DNA from: Acidimicrobiales bacterium
GTDB lineage: Bacteria; Actinomycetota; Acidimicrobiia; Acidimicrobiales; VFJN01
DNA length: 64,000 nucleotides
Assembly: GCA_035641315.1 (NCBI GenBank)
Contig: DASQUK010000244.1
Span: 45,303-109,302 of the forward strand
Direction: 5' to 3'
A program made the translations under genes and the position numbers. This document shows positions 16,809 through 26,486 of the stretch, piece by piece. How positions within the stretch are numbered: position 1 is the first letter of the stretch; every line of letters begins with the position of its first letter. The notes under the pieces were generated by a model. It was not told the DNA's origin, searched no databases, and worked only from the letters and a program-made list of their open reading frames with translations.

Positions 16809-17834
16809 TCAGCTGGGCCGGATCACCACCCGGCGGGCCGAGTCCTCGCCCTCCGACACCGTGCTCACACCCTCGATCTCGTTGACGGCGTCGTGGACGA
16901 TCTTGCGGTCGGCCGACCCCATCGGATCCAGCGCCTTGGCGACGCCGCTCGCCTTCACCGACTCCGCCACCTCGCGGGCGAAGCGTTCGAGCGCCACCTG
17001 CCGCCGGGCCCGATAGCCGGCGACATCGACGCGCACCCGGGCGTGCGTCTGGCCCACGAAGCGGCGCTGAACCATGCTGCGCACCAGCTCCTGCACGGCC
17101 TGCAGCGTCACGCCCTTCTGCCCCACCAACAGGCCTAGCTCCGTGCCGTCCACCGAGGCCTCGATCGCGTCGTCGGTCACCGCCACGGTCAGGGTGGCGT
17201 CGGACCGGCCGAACGCCGACAGCAGGTCGGTCAGGAACGTCTCGACCGCTCGGCGTTGGCCCTCGATGTCGAGCTCTGCCGGCACCGGCGCCTCTGTCGG
17301 CTGCGTGCTCTCACTCACCACATTCGCTCCCTTTGCTGTCCGACCACCTCGGCGCCGTCGCCGGCGTGCACTAGCCGAGCCGGGCGCGTGCGATCCGGCG
17401 GTCGTCGTCTCGTCCGATGGGGCCACGTCGCCGCCCACCACGGCCACCGTGGTGTCGCTGGTCGGTTCGTCGCCGGCCTGAATTGCCGCCTCCCGGGGCC
17501 GCCCGGCTGTGTCCCGAGCGCCGCCCCCCGCGGAGCCACCCCGGCCGCCCGAGCCATCACCACGTCCAGGCGACCTGCCCTTGGCCCGGCTGCGCTCCCC
17601 GTCGCGCCCGCGCCGGTCGGCCCGGCGTCGGTCGCGCCGGTCGATCTTTGGCCGGGGCGCCGTGGGGCGCACCCGCGCCCGCACCTGGGCCTCGGTGCGC
17701 AGGCGCCCGAACAGCCCCTTCTGCGGTAGCTGGACGACGTCGATCTCCGCGTCCTGCTCATCCACTCCCAGTTGGTCGAGGGCCGACTCAACGGCCTCCG
17801 CAACGGTCCGACCGGTGGTCACGACCCATTCCAC
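16809..17834 (-). CDS. jag: Jag/KhpB-type RNA-binding protein (Jag_N, KH, R3H domains)
   Basis: N-terminal Jag domain (AVESALDQLGVDEQDAEIDVVQLPQKGLFG), an Arg-rich linker, and a C-terminal R3H (SADRKIVHDAVNEIEGVSTVSEGE). Located downstream of yidC. Confidence 0.85.
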   Translation of the reverse strand: MEWVVTTGRTVAEAVESALDQLGVDEQDAEIDVVQLPQKGLFGRLRTEAQVRARVRPTAPRPKIDRRDRRRADRRGRDGERSRAKGRSPGRGDGSGGRGGSAGGGARDTAGRPREAAIQAGDEPTSDTTVAVVGGDVAPSDETTTAGSHAPGSASARRRRRRGGRTAKGANVVSESTQPTEAPVPAELDIEGQRRAVETFLTDLLSAFGRSDATLTVAVTDDAIEASVDGTELGLLVGQKGVTLQAVQELVRSMVQRRFVGQTHARVRVDVAGYRARRQVALERFAREVAESVKASGVAKALDPMGSADRKIVHDAVNEIEGVSTVSEGEDSARRVVIRPS

Positions 17835-17840
17835 AGTGTG

Positions 17841-18917
17841 CTACTTCCTCTTCCTCTTCTTGCGGGAGCGCGGGTGGGGCTTCGGCGCCGCCCCGGTGCC
17901 GCTCGGCGACTTGGCGCCGCCGCCGGTGCCGCTCCGGGCCTTGGGCCGCGGCTGGCCACCCCTTTGCTGGCTCCCCTTCTGCTGGGCCCCGGCGCGGCCA
18001 TTGCCACTCGGCGAATCGGCGGGCTTCTTCGCCGCCGCTCGCCCGCCCTTGGCGCCGTTCCCCTCGGTCTTGCGCGCCTCACGCAGCTCGGCCATGGCCT
18101 TCTGCGCCTGCACCCCGATCGACTCCTCACCCCTGTAGAGCGAACGGGTGATGAACCACTGCTGGCCCACCCGCCACAGCGTGGAGACCAGGAAGTAGAC
18201 GCCAATGGCCAGTGGGCTGACGAACGCAAAGAACACGTAGAGCAGCGGCCCGATTCGCATCATCATCCGCTGCTGCTGCGTCATCTCCGTGCCCGCGGTC
18301 CGGCCCATGATCTGCTTCTGCTGGTACCAGCTCAGGAAGGCGATGACGGCGATCAGGGCCAGATAGGGGAGCGCCGTGACGAACCCTTGGCTCAGCGCAT
18401 CGCCGGGCGTTATGGCCAGGTCGACGCCCAACGAGTTCATCTCGTGCTTTCCCAGCAACGACTGATAGAGCTCGGCGTCGTGGTCCAGGTACTTGGGGCG
18501 GAACCCGTCGGTGACCGTGGTCGTCAGGCCCAGGTCGAGCGTGTAGCGCTGCAGGCCGACGAACTTGGATTGCTGGGTCAACCCCCGCACCACATAGAAG
18601 AGGATCGAGAAGACCGGCGCCTGGATCAGCAGCGGGAGACAGCCGCCGACCGGGTTGATCTGGTGCTCCCGATAGAAGCGCATCAGCTCTTCGTTGAGCT
18701 TCTGCCGGTCGTCCTTGTACTGCACCTGCAGGCGGCGGATCTCGGGCTGCAGCCGCTGCATCTCGATCATGGACCGGGTGCCCTTGAGCGTCAGCGGTGT
18801 CGTCACCACCATCACGACGCACGTCAGGAGCGCGATCGCCACCGCGTAGCCGCCGGGCACGTTGGCGTAGAAGAAGTTGAGCATGCCCGAGATGAGCTCA
18901 AACAGGCCGTCTAGCAT
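17841..18917 (-). CDS. yidC: Membrane protein insertase YidC
   Basis: Conserved MQRLQPEIRRLQVQYKDDRQKLNEELMRFYREHQINPVGGCLPLLIQAPVF core and a basic C-terminal tail. Confidence 0.9.
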   Translation of the reverse strand: MLDGLFELISGMLNFFYANVPGGYAVAIALLTCVVMVVTTPLTLKGTRSMIEMQRLQPEIRRLQVQYKDDRQKLNEELMRFYREHQINPVGGCLPLLIQAPVFSILFYVVRGLTQQSKFVGLQRYTLDLGLTTTVTDGFRPKYLDHDAELYQSLLGKHEMNSLGVDLAITPGDALSQGFVTALPYLALIAVIAFLSWYQQKQIMGRTAGTEMTQQQRMMMRIGPLLYVFFAFVSPLAIGVYFLVSTLWRVGQQWFITRSLYRGEESIGVQAQKAMAELREARKTEGNGAKGGRAAAKKPADSPSGNGRAGAQQKGSQQRGGQPRPKARSGTGGGAKSPSGTGAAPKPHPRSRKKRKRK

Positions 18918-19147
18918 CAGTGGTGCTTTCCTTCAGGAACGGGATCCCACCCGTGTCCCCCCCAGGGATGACAACGGACGAGCCGGCGCGCGGTCAGCGC
19001 CGAACCACGAACAGCCCCGTGCCGCTCGAGCGCATCCAACGCATAGTTCGAGCACGTGGGGACGAATCGACAGGGCGACGGGCGACCGTCCGTGATCCTC
19101 TGGTAGAGCCTTACCAAGCGATGCAGCAGCCGCGCCGGGGGGCTCAT
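18917..19147 (-). CDS. yidD: Membrane protein insertion efficiency factor YidD
   Basis: [19 protein letters not shown]...RCHPW signature. 76 aa. Confidence 0.85.
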   Translation of the reverse strand: MSPPARLLHRLVRLYQRITDGRPSPCRFVPTCSNYALDALERHGAVRGSALTARRLVRCHPWGGHGWDPVPEGKHH

Positions 19148-19515
19148 GTGCCCGAACCCCGGACCGCAGCGTCACACGCCGCCCCCAGTGACCTCTTCAA
19201 CTCTGCGTAGTCGGCGTCCGCGGCCTCAGGACGAACCAGTGCCAAATACGCCCCCGGCGCCAACCCTCCACGCTCGCGATCGACCTCCCGCACCGCTGCC
19301 CGCAGCCGGCGCCGCACCCTGTTGCGCACCACGGCAGACCCCACCTGCCGGCCGATGCTGTAGGCCACCCGCACGCGGCCCGCGCCGCCGCCCGGAGACG
19401 TGGCGGCATCGGCACGCTGGGGGAGGAACACCACCGTCACCGCACCCCGCCGAGCGCGCCGTCCCTCACGCCGCAGCGCGTCGAACGTCGCACGATCGCC
19501 GATCCGCCCGATCAG
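19144..19515 (-). CDS. rnpA: Ribonuclease P protein component (start codon uncertain, possibly non-canonical)
   Basis: The ORF 19144..19803 frame contains [30 protein letters not shown]...[13 protein letters not shown] (RNase P protein RNR motif). The region upstream of 19515 is occupied by rpmH in another frame. Confidence 0.75.
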   Translation of the reverse strand: MIGRIGDRATFDALRREGRRARRGAVTVVFLPQRADAATSPGGGAGRVRVAYSIGRQVGSAVVRNRVRRRLRAAVREVDRERGGLAPGAYLALVRPEAADADYAELKRSLGAACDAAVRGSGT

Positions 19516-19646
19516 GCCGACAGCCGGGCCCGGCCCTTTTGGCGCCTGGCCCGCACGATGGCCTGGCCGGCTCGGGTCCGCATGCGCAGCCGAAAGCCGT
19601 GCCGCTTGGCTCGCCTTCGGTTGTTGGGCTGGTACGTACGCTTCAC
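19512..19646 (-). CDS. rpmH: 50S ribosomal protein L34
   Basis: Not in the ORF track (44 aa). Manual translation from GTG 19646, preceded by AGGAGG: [44 protein letters not shown]. Confidence 0.9.
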   Translation of the reverse strand: MKRTYQPNNRRRAKRHGFRLRMRTRAGQAIVRARRQKGRARLSA

Positions 19647-19985
19647 CTGCTGCCTCCTCGAGCACGCGGCCTCCTCGCCAGATCAGCGGGGCCTGCGGCG
19701 GGGTGTTGAACTCGTCCACGACGCGCTGGCGCGGCACGCCACGCGTTTGGTGCGCGGACAACGGTAGAGCCCCGCCTCGTCGCAGCGCCAACCCTGTGCG
19801 CAACGGTCACGAAGCACCCCAGCAGGTTACGGCGGCCGGGGCGGGAGCACTGTGCTACGTTCCCCGCACCCGCTCCCTCGCCGGGGGTGTCAGGTACCGA
19901 ATCATCCGTAGCGGCGGCGGCCAACGGCGGCCGATCTTCAGCCTTCCGTCACGGATCGGCTACTTGGCGTCAGGTTCTTGTGCGG

Positions 19986-20016
19986 TCATCCACATGTGTG
20001 GATTGCTTGTGGACGA
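19986..20016. promoter_or_regulatory. Cluster of three DnaA-box-like 9-mers upstream of dnaA
   Basis: TCATCCACA (19986-19994), TGTGGATTG (19997-20005) and TGTGGACGA (20008-20016). A further perfect TGTGGACAA lies at 20069-20077 inside the first dnaA codons. Confidence 0.65.
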
Positions 20017-20046
20017 CCAAGGCTGGCAGCAGGAAGGCTCAGGGAC

Positions 20047-21477
20047 GTGATCAGCGATGCGCACCATCTGTGGACAACGTGCGCGGCGCTGCTCCGAGCC
20101 CAAGTCTCCGATCTCGTGTGGCACACCGCGTTCGACGGCGTGAGGGCCGTCGATTTCGACGGCAGCGTCCTCACGTTGGGCGTTCCCAGCCCACTGGCGA
20201 AGGAGCGCATCGAGGGCCGCTACCTCGGGCTGGTGCGTGACGCCATGGCGGAGGCCGGCGCCGCTAACGCCGAGCTGCGGCTCCGCATCGAGCCGGTCGA
20301 GCCGCCGCCGCTGTGGACCGTTCCCCGCCCCGACGACACGCTGAGCGGGCAGGTCGGCGACACGCCCACAGGCGAGTCCGGCGCCGGCGGCAACCTGACC
20401 GGCGCTGCCGGGGCGCCCAACGGCCCTGTCCTGCCCGGTGACGGGCTGGGCGACGTCGAACTTAACCCCCGCTACACGTTCGAGAACTTCGTGATCGGCG
20501 GGTCCAACAGCTTCGCCCACGCCGCCGCGCTGTCGGTGGCCGAGACACCCGCCCGGAAGTTCAACCCGCTCTTCATCTACGGCCACGCCGGCCTCGGCAA
20601 GACCCACCTGCTCCAGGCGATCGCCAGCTACGTCGGGCGGAACTACCCGGCCTACCGGGTCCGCTACGTCACCTCCGAGACGTTCCTCAACGAGTTCATC
20701 GACTCCATGCACTCCGACAGCCGCGACGCCTTCAAGCGGCGCTACCGCGACATCGACGTGCTCCTGGTCGACGACGTGCAGTTCTTCGAGGGCAAGCAGG
20801 AGACGCTCGAGGAGTTCTTCCATACCTTCAACCACCTCCATCAGACCAACCGGCAGATCGTCCTGTCGTCCGACCGGCCGCCCGACCAGATCGGCATCGA
20901 GGACCGCATGCGCAGCCGTTTCCAGCAGGGCCTGATGACCGACATCCAGCCGCCGGCACTCGAGACCCGCATGGCGATCCTCCTCAAGAAGGCCGAGCTC
21001 GAGTCCACCCGCATCCCCAACGACGTGCTCGAGCTCATCGCCACCAACATCAAGGACAACATCCGGGTCCTGGAGGGGGCCCTCATCCGGGTGTCCGCCT
21101 TCGCCAGCCTCACCCACGAGCCGCTCACCGTGGACCGGGCCACCCAGGTGCTCGCCGACCTTCTGAGCGAGAACCAGCCCCGCCCCATCACGCCGCAATT
21201 GATCCTCGAGGAGACCGCCAAGCAGTTCGGGTTCACCGAGGAGGAGATCACCAGCAAGCACCGGCAACGGCCCCTGGTCACCTCCCGGCAGATCGCCATG
21301 TACGTCATGCGGGAGCTGACCGACCTGTCCTATCCCAACATCGCCCGCGAGTTCGGCGGCCGTGACCACACCACCGTGATCCACGCGGTCGAGAAGATCG
21401 GCTCGCTGATGTCCAAGGACCGGCAGATCTACGACCAGGTCACCCGGCTCATGAAGGCCGTCCGCCAGGGTGACTGA
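20047..21477 (+). CDS. dnaA: Chromosomal replication initiator protein DnaA
   Basis: AAA+ core (NPLFIYGHAGLGKTHLLQAI, LLVDDVQF) and C-terminal DNA-binding domain (VTSRQIAMYVMRELTDLSYPNIAREFGGRDHTTVIHA). Start set at GTG 20047 (VISDAHHLW), since the upstream 23 codons cover the DnaA boxes. Confidence 0.95.
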   Translation: MISDAHHLWTTCAALLRAQVSDLVWHTAFDGVRAVDFDGSVLTLGVPSPLAKERIEGRYLGLVRDAMAEAGAANAELRLRIEPVEPPPLWTVPRPDDTLSGQVGDTPTGESGAGGNLTGAAGAPNGPVLPGDGLGDVELNPRYTFENFVIGGSNSFAHAAALSVAETPARKFNPLFIYGHAGLGKTHLLQAIASYVGRNYPAYRVRYVTSETFLNEFIDSMHSDSRDAFKRRYRDIDVLLVDDVQFFEGKQETLEEFFHTFNHLHQTNRQIVLSSDRPPDQIGIEDRMRSRFQQGLMTDIQPPALETRMAILLKKAELESTRIPNDVLELIATNIKDNIRVLEGALIRVSAFASLTHEPLTVDRATQVLADLLSENQPRPITPQLILEETAKQFGFTEEEITSKHRQRPLVTSRQIAMYVMRELTDLSYPNIAREFGGRDHTTVIHAVEKIGSLMSKDRQIYDQVTRLMKAVRQGD

Positions 21478-21730
21478 GGCCGGCGACGTTGCACGGTGGA
21501 GAAACCTCCGGACGGCCTGTGGACCGCCCCCGCCGGCCAGTGGACGAGGTGATGGCCATCCCCAGGGGGGTCACGCGCACACCCTCCGACCTGTGGGAGC
21601 CTGGGGATACACCGGGGACGACGAACGGACCGCTGACCTGCGGTGACGAGCCGTCGTCCACAATCCACAGCCCCTACTACCACCACTACTACGAGTAATC
21701 GTTACGAAGGCAGAGAAAGCGAGCAACGGC
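21478..21730. other. Candidate oriC (dnaA-dnaN intergenic region)
   Basis: DnaA-box-like sites: TGTGGACCG (21518), AGTGGACGA (21539), and abutting TCGTCCACA (21654-21662) and CAATCCACA (21661-21669). These are followed by the least GC-rich stretch of the region (ctactaccaccactactacgagtaatcgttacgaagg). Confidence 0.6.
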
Positions 21731-22834
21731 GTGAAGTTCCGATGCGAGCGAGACGTCCTCGTCGAAGCCCTCGGCACAGCCGGCCGAGCGACCGCCAGTC
21801 GCGGCGGTGCGCTCCCGGTGCTTTCGGGCATCCGCACCGAGTTGCGCGGCGACACCCTCACCCTGACCGGCCATGACCTCGAGCTGACCATCGCCGTCGC
21901 CATCAGCGAGGGCGTCAAGGGCAGCAGCGACGGGGTGGCTGTGCTCCCGGCCCGGCTGACGTCCGACGTGGTGCGCTCGCTCGCCCCCGGCGCAGTCGAG
22001 ATGGACGTGGACGGCGAGCAGGCCCGGATCACCTCGGGCCGGTCGGAGTTCACGCTGCGGGTCTTTCCGACCGACGAGTTCCCACGTCTGCCCGAGGCCA
22101 CCGGCGAGGCTGTGACCCTGGACGCCACCGAGCTGGCGGCGGCGCTGCGGCAGGTCGTGCCGGCGGCGTCGAGCGACGACGCGCGTCCCATCCTCACCGG
22201 GGTGCTGCTGTCGGCCGAGCAGGGCGGGCTGCGGTTGGTGGCCACGGACTCGTTCCGGCTGGCGGTGCGTGACCTTCCCGGCCAGAGCGTGCTGGCCGAA
22301 GGGCAGTCGGTCCTCGTGCCGTCGCGTGCGCTCAACGACCTCACCAAGGTGCTGGGTGGGGTCGGCGAGCTGACCGTCAGGCTGGGTGAGCGCGACGCCG
22401 GCTTCGAGGCCGGCGACGTGCGCCTAACGACCATGCTGATCGAGGGCGACTTCCCCAACTACCGGGGCCTCATCCCGTCGTCACCCCCGCCCAACCGCCT
22501 GATCGTCAGCCGCGAAGGGCTGTTGGAGGGCCTGCGGAGGGTAAAGCTCCTGGCCCGGGAGGCGACGCCGGTGCGCCTCGCCATGTCGCCCGAGGGCTTG
22601 GACCTGGTGGCCGTCACCCAGGATGTGGGCCAGGCGCACGAGTCGCTCGACGCCAAGTACGAGGGCACCGAGCTGACCGTGGCGTTCAACCCCGACTACC
22701 TGCTGCAGGGCGTCGAGGTGTTGGAGGGCGACGAGGTGCTGATCGAGACCGTGGACTCGCTGAAGCCGGCACTGGTGCGCAGCCCCGAGCACGACGACTT
22801 CCTCTACCTGCTCATGCCGGTCCGGGTGAGCTGA
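21731..22834 (+). CDS. dnaN: DNA polymerase III beta sliding clamp
   Basis: MKFRCERDVLVEAL... typical DnaN N-terminus, three-domain length (367 aa), and a C-terminal LMPVRV. Confidence 0.95.
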   Translation: MKFRCERDVLVEALGTAGRATASRGGALPVLSGIRTELRGDTLTLTGHDLELTIAVAISEGVKGSSDGVAVLPARLTSDVVRSLAPGAVEMDVDGEQARITSGRSEFTLRVFPTDEFPRLPEATGEAVTLDATELAAALRQVVPAASSDDARPILTGVLLSAEQGGLRLVATDSFRLAVRDLPGQSVLAEGQSVLVPSRALNDLTKVLGGVGELTVRLGERDAGFEAGDVRLTTMLIEGDFPNYRGLIPSSPPPNRLIVSREGLLEGLRRVKLLAREATPVRLAMSPEGLDLVAVTQDVGQAHESLDAKYEGTELTVAFNPDYLLQGVEVLEGDEVLIETVDSLKPALVRSPEHDDFLYLLMPVRVS

Positions 22835-22852
22835 TTTTGCGCGGGCACTAGC

Positions 22853-23974
22853 GTGCACGTCCGCACGCTGTGGCTCACCGATTTCCGCAGCTACACGTCG
22901 GTCGAGTTCAACCTGTCACCCGGGCTGACCGCGCTGGTCGGCGCCAACGGCGAGGGCAAGACCAACCTGCTCGAGGCGCTGGCCTGGCTGGCGACGCTGT
23001 CGTCGTTCCGGGGCGCACCGACCGAGGCGCTGGTGCGCCGGGGGGCGCGGTTCGCCGTGGTGCGGGCGCTGGCCGAACGCGACGGGCGCGAGCTGCTGCT
23101 CGAAGCCCAGCTGCAACCCAGCGGCCGCAACCGGGTCCTGGTCAATCGCCAGCCCTTGCGCAGAGCTCGGGACCTGTTGGGATCGCTGCGGGTCACCGTG
23201 TTCACCCCCGACGACCTCGACATCGTCAAGGACGGTCCGGGTGAGCGACGCCGCTTCCTCGACGACGCCCTCGTGGCGCTGCACCCCCGTAACGACGCGC
23301 TGCGCGCCGAGGTCGACAAGGTGCTGCGGCAGCGCAACGCCTTGCTACGCCAGACGGGTGGCCGCCTGGACGAGGGCGCGGCGTTCACGCTCGACGTGTG
23401 GGACGCCAAGCTGGCCCAGGCCGGGGAGGCGTTGGCGGCGGCCCGCTCCGAGCTGGTGGAGCGGTTGGCGCCGGTGCTGGCGTCCACCTACGACGCGCTC
23501 GCTCGTCGGCCCGCGCTGGTGACCGTCACCTATGACACGGCGTGGCGGGACCGGGGATTGGCGGACGCGTTGGCGGCGGGCCGCGCGGAGGACCTGCGGC
23601 GCGGCGTGTCCACGGTCGGTCCCCATCGCGACGAGCTGGTGTTGGCCATCGCCGGGGCGCCGGCCCGAACCCACGCCAGCCAGGGGGAGCAACGGACCCT
23701 CGCGCTGTCGCTGCGACTGGCGGTCCATCACGTGGTCACTGCGGCGAGCGACAGCCCGCCGGTGCTGTTGCTCGACGACGTGTTCAGCGAGCTCGATTCG
23801 GGGCGGAGCGACGCCCTGCTCGCCAATCTCCCCCCCGGGCAGACCGTGCTGACCACCGCGAGCGACCTCCCACCGGGCGCGCATCCGGATGTGGTGCTGG
23901 GGCTCGACGGCGGCAAGGTGACGGTCCTGGCCGGGGACCTGCCCGGAACAACCGCCGCTCCGGCGGATGGTTGA
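22853..23974 (+). CDS. recF: DNA replication and repair protein RecF
   Basis: Walker A (GANGEGKTNLLEA), SMC signature (SQGEQRTLALSLRLA), Walker B (LLLDDVFSELD). Confidence 0.95.
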   Translation: MHVRTLWLTDFRSYTSVEFNLSPGLTALVGANGEGKTNLLEALAWLATLSSFRGAPTEALVRRGARFAVVRALAERDGRELLLEAQLQPSGRNRVLVNRQPLRRARDLLGSLRVTVFTPDDLDIVKDGPGERRRFLDDALVALHPRNDALRAEVDKVLRQRNALLRQTGGRLDEGAAFTLDVWDAKLAQAGEALAAARSELVERLAPVLASTYDALARRPALVTVTYDTAWRDRGLADALAAGRAEDLRRGVSTVGPHRDELVLAIAGAPARTHASQGEQRTLALSLRLAVHHVVTAASDSPPVLLLDDVFSELDSGRSDALLANLPPGQTVLTTASDLPPGAHPDVVLGLDGGKVTVLAGDLPGTTAAPADG

Positions 23975-23976
23975 CT

Positions 23977-24348
23977 GTGCCCATGGGTTGGCAGCCTCTC
24001 CGCGGAACGACATCGCCGCCCACCCGGGTGGAGGACACGCTGGACCGGGTCCTGCGCCGTCTGGGTGCCCCCAGCCGTGCCGGGGTCGAGGTGGTGTTCG
24101 ACCGTTGGGACGAGGTGGTCGGGGAATCGATGGCGGCCCGCACCCGCCCGCTGGCGATCGACGGGGGGACGCTGGTGGTGGGCTGCGACGAGCCCGCCCT
24201 GGCGACCCACGTGCGGTTCCTGGAGCCCCAGCTGGTGGCCCGCCTCGACGAGCTGGCCGGGTCCCGCCAGATCACACGGATCGAAGTGCGAGTCGACCGG
24301 CGCCCCCGGGGACCACGGCCGCCGCGTCGGGCCCCGAGGACCGGCTGA
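23977..24348 (+). CDS. DUF721 / DciA-like protein (Rv0004 position)
   Basis: GTG 23977 lies 3 nt after the recF stop. Core FDRWDEVVGESMAARTRPLAIDGGTLVVGCDEPALATHVRFLEPQLVARL matches the DUF721 pattern as remembered. The longer ORF 23542.. overlaps recF. Confidence 0.75.
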   Translation: MPMGWQPLRGTTSPPTRVEDTLDRVLRRLGAPSRAGVEVVFDRWDEVVGESMAARTRPLAIDGGTLVVGCDEPALATHVRFLEPQLVARLDELAGSRQITRIEVRVDRRPRGPRPPRRAPRTG

Positions 24349-24531
24349 CCAGGCCGTGCCGGGGGCGTTCCGCGTCGCCCCGCCCCTCGCCACCGGGGCC
24401 CGGGATGAGCGGGAACGTCACACCCCTCTGGTAGACTTCCCTTGTTGTGATTTGCGGCTCTGACCAGGCAAAAGGCCTTCTGGCGCCGGTCATCCGCCCC
24501 TAAGAAATCGACCTGGCCGAAAGGGCGCGCC

Positions 24532-26472
24532 TTGCCGCGGGGAAGCACCTCCTACGGAGCCAAAGACATGCAGGTCCTCGAGGGCCTCGATCCGGTCCGC
24601 AAGCGACCGAGCATGTACATCGGCTCGACCGGCCCTACGGGGCTCCACCACTGTGTGTGGGAAGTCGTCGACAACTCCGTCGACGAGGCGATGGCGGGCG
24701 AATGCGACCGCATCGACATCACGCTGCTGGCCGATGGTGGCTGCCGGGTGGCAGACAACGGCCGCGGCATCCCCACCGACGTCCATCCGGTCCACAAGAT
24801 CTCCGGGGTCGAGATCGCGCTCACCAAGCTCCATGGCGGCGGCAAGTTCGGGGGCGACGGCTACAAGGTCTCTGGCGGGCTCCACGGCGTGGGCGTGTCG
24901 GTGGTTAACGCCCTGTCGCGCCGGCTGGTGGTCGAGGTGGATCGCGGCGGCAAGCGCTACACCCAGACCTTCGCCAACGGCGGGCAGCCCCAGGGCAAGC
25001 TCAAGGTCACCGGCGACGCTCCCCGCAACGGCCGTTCCGGCCCGCGGCGCGGCACCACCGTCACGTTCTGGCCCGACGACACCATCTTCGAGACCACCGA
25101 GTTCTCCGCCCGCACCATCCTCGAGCGCCTGCAGATGATGGCGTTCCTCAACAAGGGCCTCGAGATCCGCTTCCGCGACGACCGTGAGGGTCACGAGCAC
25201 GAGCCGGTCGTCTACAAGTACGCCAACGGCATCCTCGACTTCGTCAAGCACGTCAACAAGACCAAGGAGAGCCTGTTCTCCAAGGTCGGCTGCTACGCCG
25301 ACGCAGACCAAACCTCCGAGGTCGAGGTGGCGTTCCAGTGGAACACCGGGTTCAACACCGACGGCATCCACAGCTTCGCCAACGGCATCAACACGGTCGA
25401 GGGCGGCACCCACGAGGAGGGCTTCAAGGCCGCGCTCACGACCGCGATCAACAAGTACGCCCGAGCCAAGCAGCAGCTCAAGGAGAAGGATGCCAACCTC
25501 GCCGGCGAGGACATCCGCGAGGGCATCACCGCCATCATCTCGGTGCGCCTGCGGGATCCGCAGTTCGAGGGTCAGACCAAGGCCAAGCTCGGCAACACGG
25601 CCATGAAGACGCTGGTGCAACGCGCCACCAACGAGAAGCTGGGCGACTGGCTCGAGGAGAACCCCACCGAGGCCAACAAGATCGTCCGCAAGGGCATCGC
25701 CGCCGCCCAGGCCCGGGCCGCGGCCCGCAAGGCGCGCGACGTCGTACGTAACAAGACGCTGCTCGACGGCGCCGGCATGCCCGACAAGCTGAAGGACTGC
25801 TCGTCCAAGAACCGGGACGAGCGCGAGCTGTTCATCGTCGAGGGAGACTCGGCTGGCGGCTCGGCCGTGCAGGCCCGCGATCCCGCGACCCAGGCGATCC
25901 TGCCCATCCGGGGCAAGATCCTCAATGTCGAGCGCGCCCGCATCGACAAGATGCTGCGCAACAACGAAATCCAGGCCCTCATCTCGGCCATCGGCGGGGG
26001 GTTGGGCGATGAGTTCGATGTCGAAAAGCGCCGCTACGACAAGGTCTGCATCCTCACCGACGCCGACGTCGACGGGTCCCACATCCGCACGCTGCTGCTC
26101 ACCTTCTTCTTCCGCCAGATGAAGCCGCTGCTCGAGCAGGGCCACGTCTACATCTGCGAGCCCCCGCTGTACTCCACCGAGGTGGGCAAGGAGAAGACCT
26201 ACCTCAAGGACGACGCCGCCAAGGCCCGTTTCCTGACCGAGCACCCGAACCACAAGAAGGATTTCAGCCGCCTCAAGGGTCTGGGCGAGATGGACTGGGA
26301 GGAGCTCAAGGTCACGACCATGGACGACACCTACCGCACGCTGCTGCAGGTGAACGTTGAGCAAGCGGCCCTGGCCGACGAGGTGCTCTCGATCCTCATG
26401 GGCGAGGACGTCGAGATGCGCAAGCAGTTCATTCAGACCAACGCCAAAGACGTCCGCTTCATCGACATCTGA
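24532..26472 (+). CDS. gyrB: DNA gyrase subunit B
   Basis: [18 protein letters not shown], the GHKL ATPase motifs, Toprim EGDSAGG, and [10 protein letters not shown]-type [11 protein letters not shown]. Confidence 0.95.
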   Translation: MPRGSTSYGAKDMQVLEGLDPVRKRPSMYIGSTGPTGLHHCVWEVVDNSVDEAMAGECDRIDITLLADGGCRVADNGRGIPTDVHPVHKISGVEIALTKLHGGGKFGGDGYKVSGGLHGVGVSVVNALSRRLVVEVDRGGKRYTQTFANGGQPQGKLKVTGDAPRNGRSGPRRGTTVTFWPDDTIFETTEFSARTILERLQMMAFLNKGLEIRFRDDREGHEHEPVVYKYANGILDFVKHVNKTKESLFSKVGCYADADQTSEVEVAFQWNTGFNTDGIHSFANGINTVEGGTHEEGFKAALTTAINKYARAKQQLKEKDANLAGEDIREGITAIISVRLRDPQFEGQTKAKLGNTAMKTLVQRATNEKLGDWLEENPTEANKIVRKGIAAAQARAAARKARDVVRNKTLLDGAGMPDKLKDCSSKNRDERELFIVEGDSAGGSAVQARDPATQAILPIRGKILNVERARIDKMLRNNEIQALISAIGGGLGDEFDVEKRRYDKVCILTDADVDGSHIRTLLLTFFFRQMKPLLEQGHVYICEPPLYSTEVGKEKTYLKDDAAKARFLTEHPNHKKDFSRLKGLGEMDWEELKVTTMDDTYRTLLQVNVEQAALADEVLSILMGEDVEMRKQFIQTNAKDVRFIDI

Positions 26473-26486
26473 CTTCGACCGGACCC

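Noticed and set aside
19960-21384. 474-aa minus-strand ORF antisense to dnaA, and similarly 24490..26364 antisense to gyrB and 26823..27806 antisense to gyrA
   Set aside because: These are mirror ORFs of highly conserved genes. Their translations are low-complexity and lack any family pattern.
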